Assembly: GCA_950097015.1 (NCBI GenBank)
Contig: CATNEN010000039.1
Location: 11,470,001 to 11,534,000 of the forward strand
Origin: Macrostomum hystrix
Taxonomy: Eukaryota > Animalia > Platyhelminthes
Length of the DNA stretch: 64,000 bases
Direction: 5' to 3'
This document shows positions 1 to 13,212 of this stretch, piece after piece. The notes under the pieces are model-generated. The model was not told the origin of the DNA and searched no databases. It was given only the letters and a program-made list of their open reading frames with translations. Position numbers and translations under genes: made by a program. Within the stretch, counting starts at the first letter, position 1. Each line of letters begins with the position of its first letter.

Positions 1-20
1 GAGTGAGCAGCCCATCTCAC

Positions 21-2346
21 CTGACAGATCGTGACAAGCTGGAAGAAGCACCTCTAGACGAAAACAAAAAATTGTGAAATTCATCGCAAATGGGGCAGCA
101 AACAGTGGGACGAAGCACTTGGATTGGAGGCCCTTGCAACATCCCAATTTATGCTCCGAGAAAAGCGTTTAAGAATGGAATAACTTCAAAGCCTTGTTCA
201 GGCAGTAACTGCCCAAAATTTGCAGGTCCAGAGCCTTCTATGCTTTGTAGGGCCTTGCCTGAGTTAATTTTATGACAACCCTCCACTCCAAATAAGAAGG
301 GATTGATTCACTCGCTCTCTGAACAGGCCTTGCTCAAACAGGGAAAGAACTTCAAGAATTTTGCTGCAGCTAGCCAAACTTTAAAATGCTTAAGTTAACA
401 ACTTGAGCTGGTGTTCTTCAGTAATTACCCATTTGAGTTCGTCAAGACTGCTTAAAGGTTTGCTAGCAATAGTGCACTGATGAAGCATCTAGACAGGGCC
501 AATTAAAATCATGTCAGCAAGAGTGTCTGACAGGTGAATTAGTGCACAGCAGGTGGGTTAGTGCCTAACAGCTGTGTTGTTGTCTAACAGGTGCGTTGTT
601 TTCTAACAGGTGTGTTGTTGTCTAACAGGTGTGTTGTTGTTTAACAGGTGTGTAGTTGTCTAACAGGTGTGTTGTTGTCTAACAGGTGTGTTGTTGTCTA
701 ACAGGTGTGTTGTTGTCTAAAAGGTGGGTTGTTTTCTAACAGCTGTGTTGTTGTCTAACAGGTGCGTTGTTTTCTAACAGGTGTGTAGTTGTCTAACAGG
801 TGTGTAGTTGTCTAACAGGTGTGTTGTTGTCTAACAGGTGTGTTGTTGTCTAACAGGTGTGTTGTTGTCTAAAAGGTGTGTTGTTGTCTAACAGGTGGGT
901 AGCTGTCTAACAGGTGTGTTGTTGTCTAACAGGTAGATTAGTGTCTAACAGTTAGAATAGTGTCCAACAGGTGTGCTGTTGTCCAACAAGTGTGTTGTTG
1001 TCTAACAGGTGGGTAGCTGTCTAACAGGTGTGTTGTTGTCTAACAGGTAGATTAGTGTCTAACAGTTAGAATTGTGTCCAACAGGTGTGTTGTTGTCTAA
1101 CAGGTAGATTAGTGTCTAAGAGGTAGAATAGTGTCTAACAGGTAGATTAGTGTCTAACAGGTAGAATAGTGTCTAACAGTTAGAATAGTGTCTAACAGGT
1201 GTGTTGTTGTCTAACAGGTAGATTAGTGTCTAACAGGTAGATTAGTGTCTAACAGGTGTGTGTTGTCTAACAGGTGAGCTTTTATGTTAGAAATCGGCAA
1301 GTGTCTAACACGAAAAACGTATATCTGTTTTCTAACTTTTGAGCTATTATGTGACTGGTAGAAAGTGTCTAACAGATGGGCTAGTTTAAGCAAACAAACA
1401 AGAGTCTAGTATAGTTTGCAGATTGACAAGTGTCTTGCCTAATGGCTCAAGTCTAAAATGTGTTTGAGTGATAAGCAAGTGTGACTAATGGCACCAAAAG
1501 TTGATCCTGAATACTAGATCTCACGATTATACGCTTACTATGGGCTATTTTTATAACTGGATTTCAAACCAGGCCTCTTTTAATACTGATTCTATGCAAA
1601 ACTTTTATGCCTTGTCGTTGTTATTGGTTTTGTAGTCCCCACGAGCCTGAAAGCTTTTTACACTCACTTTCAGCACAATAGCGCGTGCATAGAAATGTCT
1701 TAATGTTCTCCTTAATGTCATGACACGCTCGAGACAGGGTAAAAATACAATTTTTCTCCCATTCCTTTGATTTTAACGCTAAGTTAATTTTTCTCCGATT
1801 TAACCAATCGATTTTCCCATATAATCTATCAATCCTCACAGCCAACCAGTCTATTCTCTCTGCCAATAAGTTATTTCAGTCAAGCAATCGTTTTTAACAT
1901 TTAATTTATCGATTTCTGTCTATTAATAAAAAAGATTTATTGATTAATCAATATATAATATCATTCTATTCTACGTGAGTTATGATGTGATTGTTATTTC
2001 TTTGCAACTTCGATTGCCTAAAATAGTCTTACATTTTTTTATATCCTGACGAGGTGACTGACTGTATTCATTCATAGTGTGCTCATAGTTTTTCTCGACT
2101 ACTCAGATAGATCCTCGGAATAATGCTGTGAAATGCAATTCAAATGAGCATTGTGGAGTCATCTGGTGGCAAACAAAGAGTTTGGTGCATTGTAAAAACG
2201 GCTCATTCTATTTTTAAACCCTCACCTGCAGATTCTTCTTGCCCTAGACTCCGCGACATCAAGCCGGGCTTGCTACTAAGTGCTGATACACAGGAAAGCT
2301 TCGGCATAGCAGCTGTGGCCATAGCAGCAGCAGACATAGCCGGCAT
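21..2346 (-). other. Possible exons of an unidentified gene running off the left edge
   Basis: A 33-nt segment 53-21 bounded by TTCGTCTAG and GTGAGA, and a putative exon ending at 2226 (CAG|GTGAGG) that could encode MPAMSAAAMATAAMPKLS. No recognisable domain. Confidence 0.25.
545..1277 (+). repeat. 19-bp minisatellite (TGTCTAACAGGTGTGTTGT)n
   Basis: Direct inspection. Confidence 0.95.
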
Positions 2347-3669
2347 TGAATCTCTGCCAATGCAGAACTGGTGTCACTGTTCTCACTGAGTGCACTTTTT
2401 GTACACTCATTTTATTCTGCAGCCACAGCTTGTCATTTTCCTCATTAGCTTGAATATGGGGTAAATTGGACAGAACAGAACTGAACAGATAGATGTACAC
2501 AGATTTTGGCCCGACTGTGTCAATTGTATTTCTATCGAATCTGTACGGATTTAGATCTTTAGTAGGTGTTTACTGTACTGGTATTTTTTGTTGGTTTTAC
2601 AAAAAAAATAAACAGCAAGTTTTGCCTTCAAGCAGTAGATGCACTGAGAGCTTTCGACAGAAACATTTCGTTTACATATCATACTGGAAGCACCGCTTTA
2701 AAGTTCATTAAAATTCTCCCTTATGTACTTTTACTGCTATATCCTGCCTCAAGAATGTTTAATCTGCAACTTTATTGAGCTTCAGGGATTTAGTAAGTAA
2801 AGCTCGCACCTCTGTGTCACTCGCGGTGGTGAATTAGATTGTGAATGACGCAAATGCAGGACTCCCTCAACTGATAGGACGCAGCCTTTTGATGTTTCAA
2901 ATTGCAAGCTAAGTAGATAAGCTGATAAGAGCAACGGTACCGGCTCCACCTTATCTATATTCCTAGAAAGTGACAAGGTGAGCGCAAAGGTGCGAAATAT
3001 TAATCGATGGCTAACCTAATAATAATCTATGATGGACCAGTTATCTAAATTGACTTTAGTAAAAGCGAAGACAAGGAGAATGAATATTTGCATGCCGCGT
3101 GCGTCATCAATCGTCTTTGCATGAATATTGAATTGGCTAACTATTGATAGCAAAGCGATAGTATTTTTTATATTTCTACCTGCACGAATTATAACATATC
3201 TGTTTAAAATCAGAGTGATGAAGCTGCTTTGTAAGGCTCAGATTTCTATCAGGAAATTTTAGCGACAAAGCCGGCACGACCAACTCCTTCTTTGCCAAAC
3301 CCTACAGCAGTGACTGGGATCGATTGACTGCTCGACCATATGTAGGCCTTCTTCCCAAATGTATATTTTTAATTCTCCATTAGAGTCTCCTAAGTCTCCA
3401 TTAGAGCTTCCAGCAGAACAGTCTAGCTTAAATCCTTAAATCACTGGCTGCTTCGAGTCGAGTCCTGTCGTTCTTGAGACATTGCCTTCAGCAAACACCA
3501 AGGACTGGCAATCCATGCCCCGTTTAAGTCTGAAACAAAAAGTCCGGTTTCATAGTTCGTTTGCAGAGGAAGGAATTCATCCTTATTGCTTATTGATTGG
3601 CCAGATCTTCAGATCTGTGCAGCTCGCAGCTTACAGCTTTCACACTACCAGAAATTGTACTTTCCTTTA

Positions 3670-3980
3670 AGTTCACTTTCGAGGAACTTTACTTTCCAGG
3701 AAATTTACTTACCAGGACTTTTTAATTGCCACGGGCTTAATTCCTGAAATTTTTCCTTCAGGGAATTTACACTTTCTGAGAACTTACTTTCCAGGAAGTT
3801 AGCTTTCTAGGAATTTCATTTTCCCGGAAGTTTACTTACTAGCAAATTTACTAACAAGGAAATTCACATTCCAAGAATTTCACTTTCCAGGAATAAAGTT
3901 TTCCTGAATTTCTGAGGCTTCTTCACTTTCCAAGAATTAAACTTTCCCGAAAATTTACTTTCAAAGCATTTCATTTTCAG
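3670..3980 (+). repeat. Degenerate ~20-bp repeat (TTCCAGGAATTTCACT-like)
   Basis: Direct inspection. Confidence 0.7.
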
Positions 3981-4282
3981 GGCGTAACAAAGGCCTTCCT
4001 GCACTGAAATAAATTGTCTGTTAAAGTTAGACATTTAGTCTACATTAGCACTCAAATTTAGAGCTAAATGGCCCCTTACCACGTCCTGTGCATTCAAAGA
4101 CATACAATGAAACTGTTGTTGAGTATAAATTGATGCGATATGCACGGGCTACATTAAGCTTTAACTTAAGGTGGATATAGTTGACTCATTTTTTATTACA
4201 TGCGCAATAAACTACTACTTTGAGTTAGTAGTCAACATCGATATTCGGATACTCAATATTTCGAATATCCGGAGTGCGAATA

Positions 4283-4652
4283 TACTCACACCACGCTACT
4301 CACATTAAGCTACTCACTCCAAGCTACTCACTCGAAGCTACTCACTCCAAGCTACTTACATTAAGCTACTCACTCCAAGCTACTCACTCTAAGCTACTCA
4401 CTCTAAGCTACTCACACCAAGCTACTCACTCTAAGCTACTCACTCCAAGCTACTCACTCTAAGCTACTCACACCAAGCTACTCACTCCAAGCTTCTCACT
4501 CCAAGCTACTCTCTCCAAGCTACTCACTCCAAGCTACTCACTCTAAGCTACTCACACCAAGCTACTCACTCCAAGCTTCTCACTCCAAGCTACTCACTCC
4601 AAGCTACTCACTCCAAGCTACTCACTCCAAGCTACTCACTCTAAGTACTCAT
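4283..4652 (+). repeat. 14-bp minisatellite (CCAAGCTACTCACT)n
   Basis: Direct inspection. Confidence 0.95.
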
Positions 4653-5072
4653 TCTAATCTCTGTCGCAAGCTCAAGAGACAATGGATTTCGCTTCCTGCT
4701 TTCGCGCCTCCGTTTGTTCTCTAAGAGTTAAATTTCAAACAATGAGTCAACCCTAAAGCCGGAAGAAATAAAAATCAGATTTCAAAAAGTGTTCCTAAAA
4801 ACACAAACAGTTGTTTCAAAGCAACAAAAAAGATGAAGAAATCCGGATGTGCAACTTAGGCACTGCAGCATTCAAAAAAGTTCTGGTAACTAGCAGGTGA
4901 CTCTAACTGCGACTAGCAATTGTTGTTTGCAGCTCACGGGAACACTTTTTTGTCGAATTGAAAGTTGCCGGAGCTGCTGCATTGAAAATACCCATTGCAG
5001 AAAGGGGTATTTGAGTATAAAGCAGACTGTTAAGGAACAATAGAACAGCAGTGGATGAGCTAGAAATCTGCG

Positions 5073-6068
5073 ATGCAAGCTAGGCTCATCTTTGCTGGCC
5101 TCTGCCTTGGCCTGGCTCAAGCCGCTGCTTCGGACTTCGCAGTCTCCGAGTGGCGAGCTCAGAGGGACGACCCCAATGAGTACCTACTTGAGAGGAAGGA
5201 CTTCGCATCGAGCAGCATCGAGTGCGCATCGAAAGCCAGTGAGAAGCACCAGGCCGTCTCCTTCTCTGGCGATGACGGCGCCTGTCGGATGCTGAGCTGC
5301 CGACTCGGCTGGAGCGGCTGCAGGAAGTGTCGGAACGCCGCGAACTCCAGCCTGCCTCAGCTGTTGGTGAGCGACTCGGGAATGAGCGGCACTGGATGAG
5401 TAGTTTGGGAGCTCACTACTGCACAACTGTGCACACCGATCTCATTCCAGGTGAGGCGACTCGACCGTCTCGGACCGAGCTGCTGCTGGCGCACATTCCA
5501 GCACCGAGTGGACGATTCTGTCGACTTCTACCGCAACTGGACAGACTACCTGTCTCAGTTCGGACAGGGCGAGGACGGGAACTTCTGGATGGGTCTGGAG
5601 GCGATTCACCAGCTGACTCGGGCAGGCGACAGGAGAGTGAGGTGGGAGATGAGCTCGTGGAACGGCAGCTGGTGGTGGTGGGAGAACTCCGTGTTCTCAG
5701 TCGAGGGCTCGGATCAAGGATATCGAGTGACAGTCGGCGACCAGGATGTCGACCGGTCCAACGTCATCCAGTGCCTGAAGACGTCCTCTCTATTCATGAA
5801 CAACCAGAAGTTCAGCACTTTTGATAACGATCAGGATAAAGCTGGTCACAACTGCGCCGCTGTGTTTAAGGGCGCCTGGTGGCACAATGATTGCCATTGC
5901 TTCAATCCGAACGGTGGGTATTTCAAGCCGCCGACCGCCCTCAACCTGCCCGCGAATCTGTGGGCCGTTGGAATCACCTTCTCGTCTCTTGTCCAAGTGT
6001 ACCCTTTGGACTACTTCTACTCAATGAAGACCTTCGAGTGTCTGATTCTGGACTTCTTTGACAAGTGA
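5073..6068 (+). CDS. Secreted fibrinogen-related domain (FReD) protein with a short Cys-rich (PAN/apple-like) N-terminal module; 2 exons
   Basis: Exons 5073-5366 and 5451-6068, joined by a phase-0 intron (GTGAGC...TTCCAG). Signal peptide MQARLIFAGLCLGLAQAAA. FReD motifs FQHRVDDSVDFYRNWTDY, FG..GNFWMGLEAIHQLT, KFSTFDNDQD, NCA..KGAWWHNDC..NPNG. Confidence 0.85.
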
Positions 6069-6344
6069 CTGCGGGTTTGCAGTCTCCAGAAAACTGGCAA
6101 GGGTGCAAAGTGGGTGGGTTAACAGCCAAGGGAACATTTTGGAAAAGACATTTCGCTTATTGCCAGATTTATAACAACTGCTAACAGCAGACAAAAACTA
6201 GTTCATTCTGTGAGCTCTCACTTGTACATCTTGTCCTGATAAGGATTAAGATGCAGGATTATCAATAAATTATCGAAGACACTGAAATAAAAATGAACTC
6301 TACCGATACAGAGATAAATCTCTTCTAGTTCGATCGTTTGACTC

Positions 6345-6890
6345 ATGACTTCACTGTCTCATCTCTCCACTGACTCATCTCTCCACCGTCTCATCTCTCC
6401 CGTCTCATCTCTCCACTGTCACATCTCTCCTCTGACTCATGTCTCCTCTGACTCATGTCTCCACTGACTCATCTCTCCACTGTCTCATCTCTCCCCTGTC
6501 TCATCTCTCCCGTCTCATCTCTCCACTGTCTCATCTCTCCACTGTCTCATCTCTCCACTGTCTCATCTCTCCCGTCTTATCTCTCCCCTGTCTCATCTCT
6601 CCCCTGTCTCATCTCTCCCCTGTCTCATCTCTCCCCTGTCTCATCTCTCCCCTGTCTCATCTCTCCACTGCCTCATCTCTCCCCTGTCTTTTCTCTCCCC
6701 TGTCTCATCTCTCCACTGCCTCATCTCTCCCCTGTCTCATCTCTCCCCTGTCTTTTCTCTCCCCTGTCTCATCTCTCCCCTGTCTTTTCTCTCCCCTGTC
6801 TCATCTCTCCCCTGTCTCATCTCTCCACTGCCTCATCTCTCCACTGCCTCATCTCTCCACTGTCTCATCTCTCCACTGTTTCATCTCTCG
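6345..6890 (+). repeat. 16-bp minisatellite (CTCATCTCTCCCCTGT)n
   Basis: Same unit as 40853-41236, in the opposite orientation. Confidence 0.95.
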
Positions 6891-7283
6891 TGCTTTGAAA
6901 CATCGGCACCTCAGTGCATTCTACTGACAAAGTTACTACGTCAAAATGAGCGGTTAGCTGTTAAAAAACAGGCAGACAAACAAGCTTTAGCTTAAATGAA
7001 GAGATTTTCAGCTTTCAAATGAGACAAAGCTTTTGAAAATCAGTTTCTACAGTTTCCACATTCAGAGCTGGATTTTAAACTTGGTAACAAAGCTAGCTAT
7101 CTAATTGTTCGAGGTCGCCCGCCAAGCCCTACTGGGTGCGCAGCCAATCAGCAACTGCTACCTGGGGTCTGGGCAGGGGAGCTAGGTCAGCGGGTTTATT
7201 AACAGTAGAATCTGCAAATTCTGGACATTAGAAAACTAACAGACGACCTCAACAGCTACTTCCCAATCAGCAAGCGAACTCTC

Positions 7284-10200
7284 ATGGATCAGCGACTTTG
7301 CCCCACTGCCAATTTAGCCAACGGACACATGCTGCCATGGCTGCAGCAACAGCAGCAGCACCACGGATTCCTGACCTACGCAGAATCTTGCCTGTCGGCT
7401 AGAATGAATCCAGCAATGGGCTTTCAGCAGCAGCAGCAGCAGCAGCAGACTTACTTTACACTGAACGGTAAGTATGCGTCATTTTGACCATAGGTCCCTG
7501 AGCTCGATTCTGCGGCGAGGCTACATTACTTTGGGACGCAATCCCAGTGTCGCAGAGAAGGCTTGGGGGCTTGTCGAAGGCACAGTGAGAGTGTACACTG
7601 CCTGACGGTGAGAAATTCAGGGCAGATGTACACACCTGTGTGAGTGTGTGCCTGCGTACAGTATCTGTGTGCGTGTGTGCTCAGGCGTGTGTGCTCAGGC
7701 GTGTGTGCTCAGGCGTGTGTGCTCAGGCGTGTGTGCTCAGGCGTGTGTGCTCAGGCGTGTGTGCTCAGGCGTGTGTGCTCAGGCGTGTGTGCTCAGGCGT
7801 GTGTGCTCAGGCGTGTGTGCTCAGGCGTGTGTGCTCAGGCGTGTGTGCTCAGGCGTGTGTGCTCAGGCGTGTGTGCTCAGGCGTGTGTGCTCAGGCGTGT
7901 GTGCTCAGGCGTGTGTGCTCAGGCGTGTGTGCTCAGGCGTGTGTGCTCAGGCGTGTGTGCTCAGGCGTGTGTGCTCAGGCGTGTGTGCTCAGGCGTGTGT
8001 GCTCAGGCGTGTGTGCTCAGGCGTGTGTGCTCAGGCGTGTGTGCTCAGGCGTGTGTGCTCAGGCGTGTGTGCTCAGGCGTGTGTGCTCAGGCGTGTGTGC
8101 TCAGGCGTGTGTGCTCAGGCGTGTGTGCTCAGGCGTGTGTGCTCAGGCGTGTGTGCTCAGGCGTGTGTGCCCCAGCGAAATGGGCAGAATTGTCTCCACG
8201 CTGGCTGCGGGTCTAGTGTCACCGAATGATGTGCCATTGCCCACAGCCCTCCTTAAATTATTATGTGCATATTATTATTATTATTAGTAGAAGTTAGTTG
8301 CTCATTCAATAGGCACTGACATTTTCTAAACAAGTCAAATTTCATTGCGTTAAATCTTACAATTGCTTGTAAGGGGCAGTTTTACTGCTTCACAGTGTCA
8401 ATTTTTTAATTTCTACAACTTTCTTCAAGAACAGCTTATTAGTTAAAACAGGCAGAAGAAAGAATTAAAGAATCGATCCAACTTTCTCGGAGCCAACAGA
8501 GATTAGTTTTCGGTTCATATTTACCCCTAACTTATTTTTTATGTATTAGAAAATTTGGTTTAACGAAAATCACTTGTAAAAAACACGGATTGCAGACTCG
8601 GACGAAAATTCCGCAGCTGCCGACAACTTCAGTCTGACCAGACAGTCGCTGAAGGACTTCGCCCTGACCCAGCAGCCACGGCTTCCGCCGTCGCCAACTC
8701 TGTCGCCGAAGCCCGACCTGCCCGCAGCTCAACGCGCGGGGGCAAAGCGACGCAAAGACCGGACAGCGTTCAGTCGAAACCAACTGGACCAGCTCGAGAG
8801 GCACTTTCTGGACAACAACTACCTGACCCGCCTGAGACGCTACGAGATCGCCGTGACGCTGAACCTCACGGAGAGACAGGTGAATCTGCGAGAACATTGG
8901 CTTTCCTTTTTTGCTGAGCATGCAGTTACGAATATGATTAATCAATAACGGGATTTCGAAAAACCCGTTAAATAGGTTTGGGATTTCGATAACTTGTCAA
9001 ACAGGTTTGGGATATCGATATAAGCTGTCTAGCAGGTTTGGGATATCGATAATCTGTCTAGCAGGTTTGGGATATCGATATAAGCTGTCTAACAGGTTTG
9101 GGATTTTGATGACTTGTCCAACAGGTTTGGGATTTTGATGACTTGTCCAACAGGTTTGGGATTTTGATGACTTGTCCAACAGGTTTGGGATTTTGATGAC
9201 TTGTCCAACAGGTTTGGGATTTTGATGACTTGTCCAACAGGTTTGGGATTTCGATGACTAGTCTAACAGGTTTGGGATGTCGAAATCTTGTCTAACAGGC
9301 TTGGGATTTCAAAGAACTGACTAACAGGTTTGGGATTTCGATAATCTGTCTAACAGGTTTGGGATTTCGAAAAGCTGTCTAACAGGTTTGGGATTTTGAT
9401 GACTTGTCCAACAGGTTTGGGATTTCGATAATCTGTCTAACAGGTTTGGGATTTTGATGACTTGTCCAACAGGTTTGGGATTTCGATAATCTGTCTAACA
9501 GGTTTGGGATTTTGATGACTTGTCCAACAGGTTTGGGATTTCGATAATCTGTCTAACAGGTTTGGGATTTCGAAAAGCTGTCTAACAGGTTTGGGATTTT
9601 GATGACTTGTCCAACAGGTTTGGGATTTCGATGACTTGTTCAACAGGTTCGGGATTTCGAAAAGCTGTCTAAGAGGTTTGGGATTTCGATATAAGCTGTC
9701 TAACAGGTTTGGGATTTTGATGACTTGTCCAACAGGTTTGGGATGTCGAAATCTTGTCTAACAGGCTTGGGATTTCAAAAAACTGACTAACAGGTTTGGG
9801 ATTTCGATGACTTGTCTAACAGGTTTGGGATTTCGATAACCTGTCTAACGGGTTTGTAAATTTATAAGCTGCTGTCTAACATGTCTTTGGTTTCCAGCAA
9901 TGAGTGTCTAACACCCTTGCGCAACTATGCCAGAAATAATTGTAAACTAACTGACCCCGCAACACGGAATGACGGCATTCGTGGACCAGACTTTTTACGA
10001 TGTGCCAAACGTCTGAACTTGGCGTTACTCGCGTAGATCGAAAGAATTTTTTCATTTTGATTCTAGCATAAGATTAACTGAAGGACTGCAGAAGCGATTT
10101 TTGTTAAAGAAATTCTAGTCAATTATTAGAGATGACACCAGAGAGACAATAAAAATACCTTTCACTGCGATTCAAATTCCTGCGAAATTGAAATATCTGA

Positions 10201-12554
10201 ATGTCGACGTAAGGGAGGATTCGCAATTCCAGAGGTGTGAAATTGTGGTCTCGGCTGTTACCATAGCGATGGGTCATTCTGAATTGCAAAGGGCCATCAA
10301 TCTTCGGACGGAGCGAAATCTGCATATGTATACCAGTCTGTGTTTTCCTGCCTGGCTTTGTGTTCCTTGCTGTGTCAAATAAGGTGTTGAACAATTGTGT
10401 TTCTCCAAGGAAAATAATTTCTCATTGTTGCAGTTTGAACAGCTGTATAATGGGTGCCAGCATTCTAGCTTGGCTGAAATTAAGGCTAAAAGAGAGAAAT
10501 TTTTCAAGCGGAGTCAGGATTAATCGAACCCCCGACCTTCAGGTCGTGAATCCGACGCTTAAACCACTAGCTACGCTTCAGCCCCCTCATATGAGACTTT
10601 AGCTGCTGTTAATGGCTAGGTTTAAAACCTCAGTTCTATAGCTTCATAAAAGTTGTGCAGTTTTAACTGCATGCAAAGTTTAACTTTTCATAGCTGAACC
10701 GCTATTGCTTTAGTAGGCGGAAGAAAGGAAAAAGAATGTGTTTGACAGGCAATTAGAAGACAATTTGTGGCACTTGTCTGCCAAACACTTGAAACTGCCA
10801 GATCCCAACACGGAGGTGTGGTTTGCGAGGTTAACAATATGCCATAGGTTCTATGCTAGCGAAATGAAATCTTACTGGGCATGTCTTGAAGCCAGGCAGG
10901 CTAGGAGGCGCACAAATCGATTCTCCCATCCCATTCTAACTGCGCTTAATAGCTGAATATTGCTTGCTTGCTTGCAAACAAATATTCCTTTAGTTGGAGA
11001 ATGCGTTAATTAGCACAGCAACCCGGGGCCAAGGTGTCTGGTGTGGGGCGGACACGTTGGTATCCAGGGCCAGGAAAGATTGAGCGAAGTTTTTAAGCGG
11101 AACTTTGACAGCCAAGCAAAATCCTCCGGTGCTAATTAATTAGCGCGAGATGCACAAGGCTTGCAAATTTCCTGAAGCAGCCATGGATTCAAAATAAGAG
11201 TTTGTTATCAATTGCACTTGGACAATAGGCCAACTTGGCTAACTTGTATGCCGCTGTAACCCAATTGTTCAAGTTGGGATATCTGTAAAAATATGCAAAC
11301 CTACTCATGCAATCGCTAATTTCAGGTCAAGGTGTGGTTTCAAAACAGACGAATGAAATGGAAACGAGTAAAAAGTAAGTTGCTTTATCGGCCATTGTTT
11401 AACAGTAGAAGGACCACACAATATCCCCCCTGGGGAAAAAAGCAGGGGGAATTTCAAATACCCACTGCCTACTTCACGATGCTCCCAAACCGAGTGGCTG
11501 ATTTTCGTCAAAGTCCGCCATATGGATCAACATTTTCCACACTTTACGATGAACAAACTTTTAAAGTGTTCCGAAGTCATCATCGTCGAGGTATTCAGGG
11601 ATTCTTGTCAAAAACCTTGTCGACGAGGACAGCTCTGTATAAACCTCTTTGGCAAATCTATATTGGTTCAAAAAATGTTGTTATGCAACCAATACAATAT
11701 AGCCAACAGCCGACCTCATGGTTACATGATAAAATATTGTGAGCAAAAAATTGTGAGCCGATGTTAATTGTGATTCAGGAAATTGTTTCATCAGAAAGAG
11801 CATTTTTTGCTTTTGCTCTGCGTTTTCATGGCAATCGGTTTCTGTTAGATCGATCAATTTAAATAAATGTGTATTTAAAATACCCCCCTGTAGTCCTTCA
11901 GTCAACTGTTCCCAGTCCACAATGACCTTCAGCCAACAGTTCCCAGTCCACAATGACCTTCAGCCAACAGTTCCCAGTCCACAATGACCTTCAGCCAAGA
12001 GTTCCCAGTCCACAATGACCTTCAGCCAACAGTTCCCAATTCACAATGTCCTTCAGCCAACAGTTCCCAGTACACAATTACCTTCAGTCAACTGTTCCCA
12101 GTCCACAATGACCTTCAGTCAACTGTTCCCAGTCCACAATGTCCTTCAGCCAACAGTTCCCAATCCACAATGACCTTCAGTCAACTGTTCCCAGTCCTCA
12201 ATGTCCTTCAGTCAACTGTTCCCAGTCCACAATGACCTTCAGCCAACAGTTCCCAATCCACAATGACCTTCAGCCAACAGTTCCCAGTCCACAATGACCT
12301 TCAGTCAACTGTTCCCAGTCCACAATGACCTTCAGTCAACTGTTCCCAATCCACAATGTCCTTCACTCAACTGTTCCCAGTCCACAATGTCCTTCACTCA
12401 ACTGTTCCCAGTCCACAATGTCCTTCAGCTGCGTCCTTGCATCCCAAAAGCCACACTCAAACCTGCAGGCACACCGCACTGTCAGAGACAGTCTCTGGCG
12501 GACAGCAACAGCGCTCAGGTTGGCCGACTGTCCGATGCAAGGCAAAGCTGTTGA
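7284..12554 (+). CDS. Mox: Mox/Meox (mesenchyme homeobox) transcription factor; 4 predicted exons
   Basis: Exons 7284-7467, 8596-8879, 11326-11374 and a probable last exon 12469-12554; all phases compatible. Spliced homeodomain [44 protein letters not shown]|[16 protein letters not shown] carries the Meox signatures [13 protein letters not shown] and KWKRVK. Last exon is less certain; read-through to 11742 is possible. Confidence 0.9.
7488..8286 (+). mobile_element. SINE family A copy with an internal 14-bp tandem expansion (Mox intron 1)
   Basis: Shares the body AAGGCACAGTGAGAGTGTACACTGCCTGACG..GTACACACCTGTGTGAG with the 31039 and 32516 copies, and the 3' part GCTGGCTGCG.GTCTAGTGTCACC.AATGATGT with the 32516 and 49060 copies; ends in an (ATT)n tail. 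Confidence 0.8.
7672..8170 (+). repeat. Homogeneous 14-bp array (CGTGTGTGCTCAGG)n, about 35 copies
   Basis: Direct inspection; lies inside a SINE A copy. Confidence 0.97.
8972..9860 (+). repeat. ~29-bp minisatellite (AACAGGTTTGGGATTTTGATGACTTGTCC)n
   Basis: Mox intron 2. Confidence 0.95.
10395..10582. mobile_element. SINE family B fragments: CORE-like segment on + (10395-10475) and tRNA-like head on - (10582-10495)
   Basis: Minus-strand head GTAGCTAGTGGTTTAAGCGTCGGATTCACGACCTGAAGGTCGGGGGTTCGA. Plus-strand CAGCTGTATAATGGGTGCCAGCATT resembles 49861. Confidence 0.6.
11895..12428 (+). repeat. 31-bp minisatellite (AGTCCACAATGACCTTCAGCCAACAGTTCCC)n
   Basis: Mox intron 3. Confidence 0.95.
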
Positions 12555-13212
12555 ATGCGCAGCGCCAAAAAGGCGTATATACGCATATCGTACTACTTCA
12601 CTATAGTAGTAGACTGATAAGTAAACGAGCGGTTCGGCAAGTGCTTTGTAAAAAATATTTAGTACTGAACATAAAATTTTTTTGTTTTGTTTAATACTAA
12701 AACTGCATGCAAATGGCATCACTAATTAGACATTACACCTGTAGCCAACATTTATCCAACCCAACATGCATAAAAATATATTTCCCGCGAATCAACCGAT
12801 TATTAAGAAAATAACTACTTGTTATTCTTGTCCAAATTATTTTGTTCAATTGTTTTATTTAATTTATTAAATCATTAATTTTGGAGGAAAAAGTCAAATC
12901 TTAATGTGCTTTGAGAAGCTTCAAGTCTATTAATTAAGGAGATTTAGAAAACGACTTCAACAAGGATAAGGGAATCAAAAATCTGTATGGATTGAAAGCC
13001 CTTTGGTTGGCTAAACCATAACAATTGACGGATGAGTTTCTTAATCAAGATAATCAACTTAGAAATTTCTATACAGTGCAGCCAGTCCACCTCAGTAATG
13101 CTATTTAGGCAATTACAAAAGTAAAAAATCTGTGCAAAAGTATTCTTTAAATTGACTGGAATAGTTTGTTTAAATCGATGAAGCCTTATAAACAAACAAT
13201 CGATCGATTTAG

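Noticed and set aside
5367-5450. Apparent stop between the two FReD-gene ORFs, suggesting a pseudogene
   Set aside because: Resolved by an 84-nt phase-0 GT-AG intron.
7640-8287. Long Cys/Val-rich ORFs in three frames
   Set aside because: Translation of a stop-free 14-bp array inside a SINE within Mox intron 1.
10495-10582. tRNA gene candidates here and at 31039 and 49748
   Set aside because: A/B boxes are present but acceptor stems do not pair and the sequences match SINE family heads; they are SINEs, not tRNAs.
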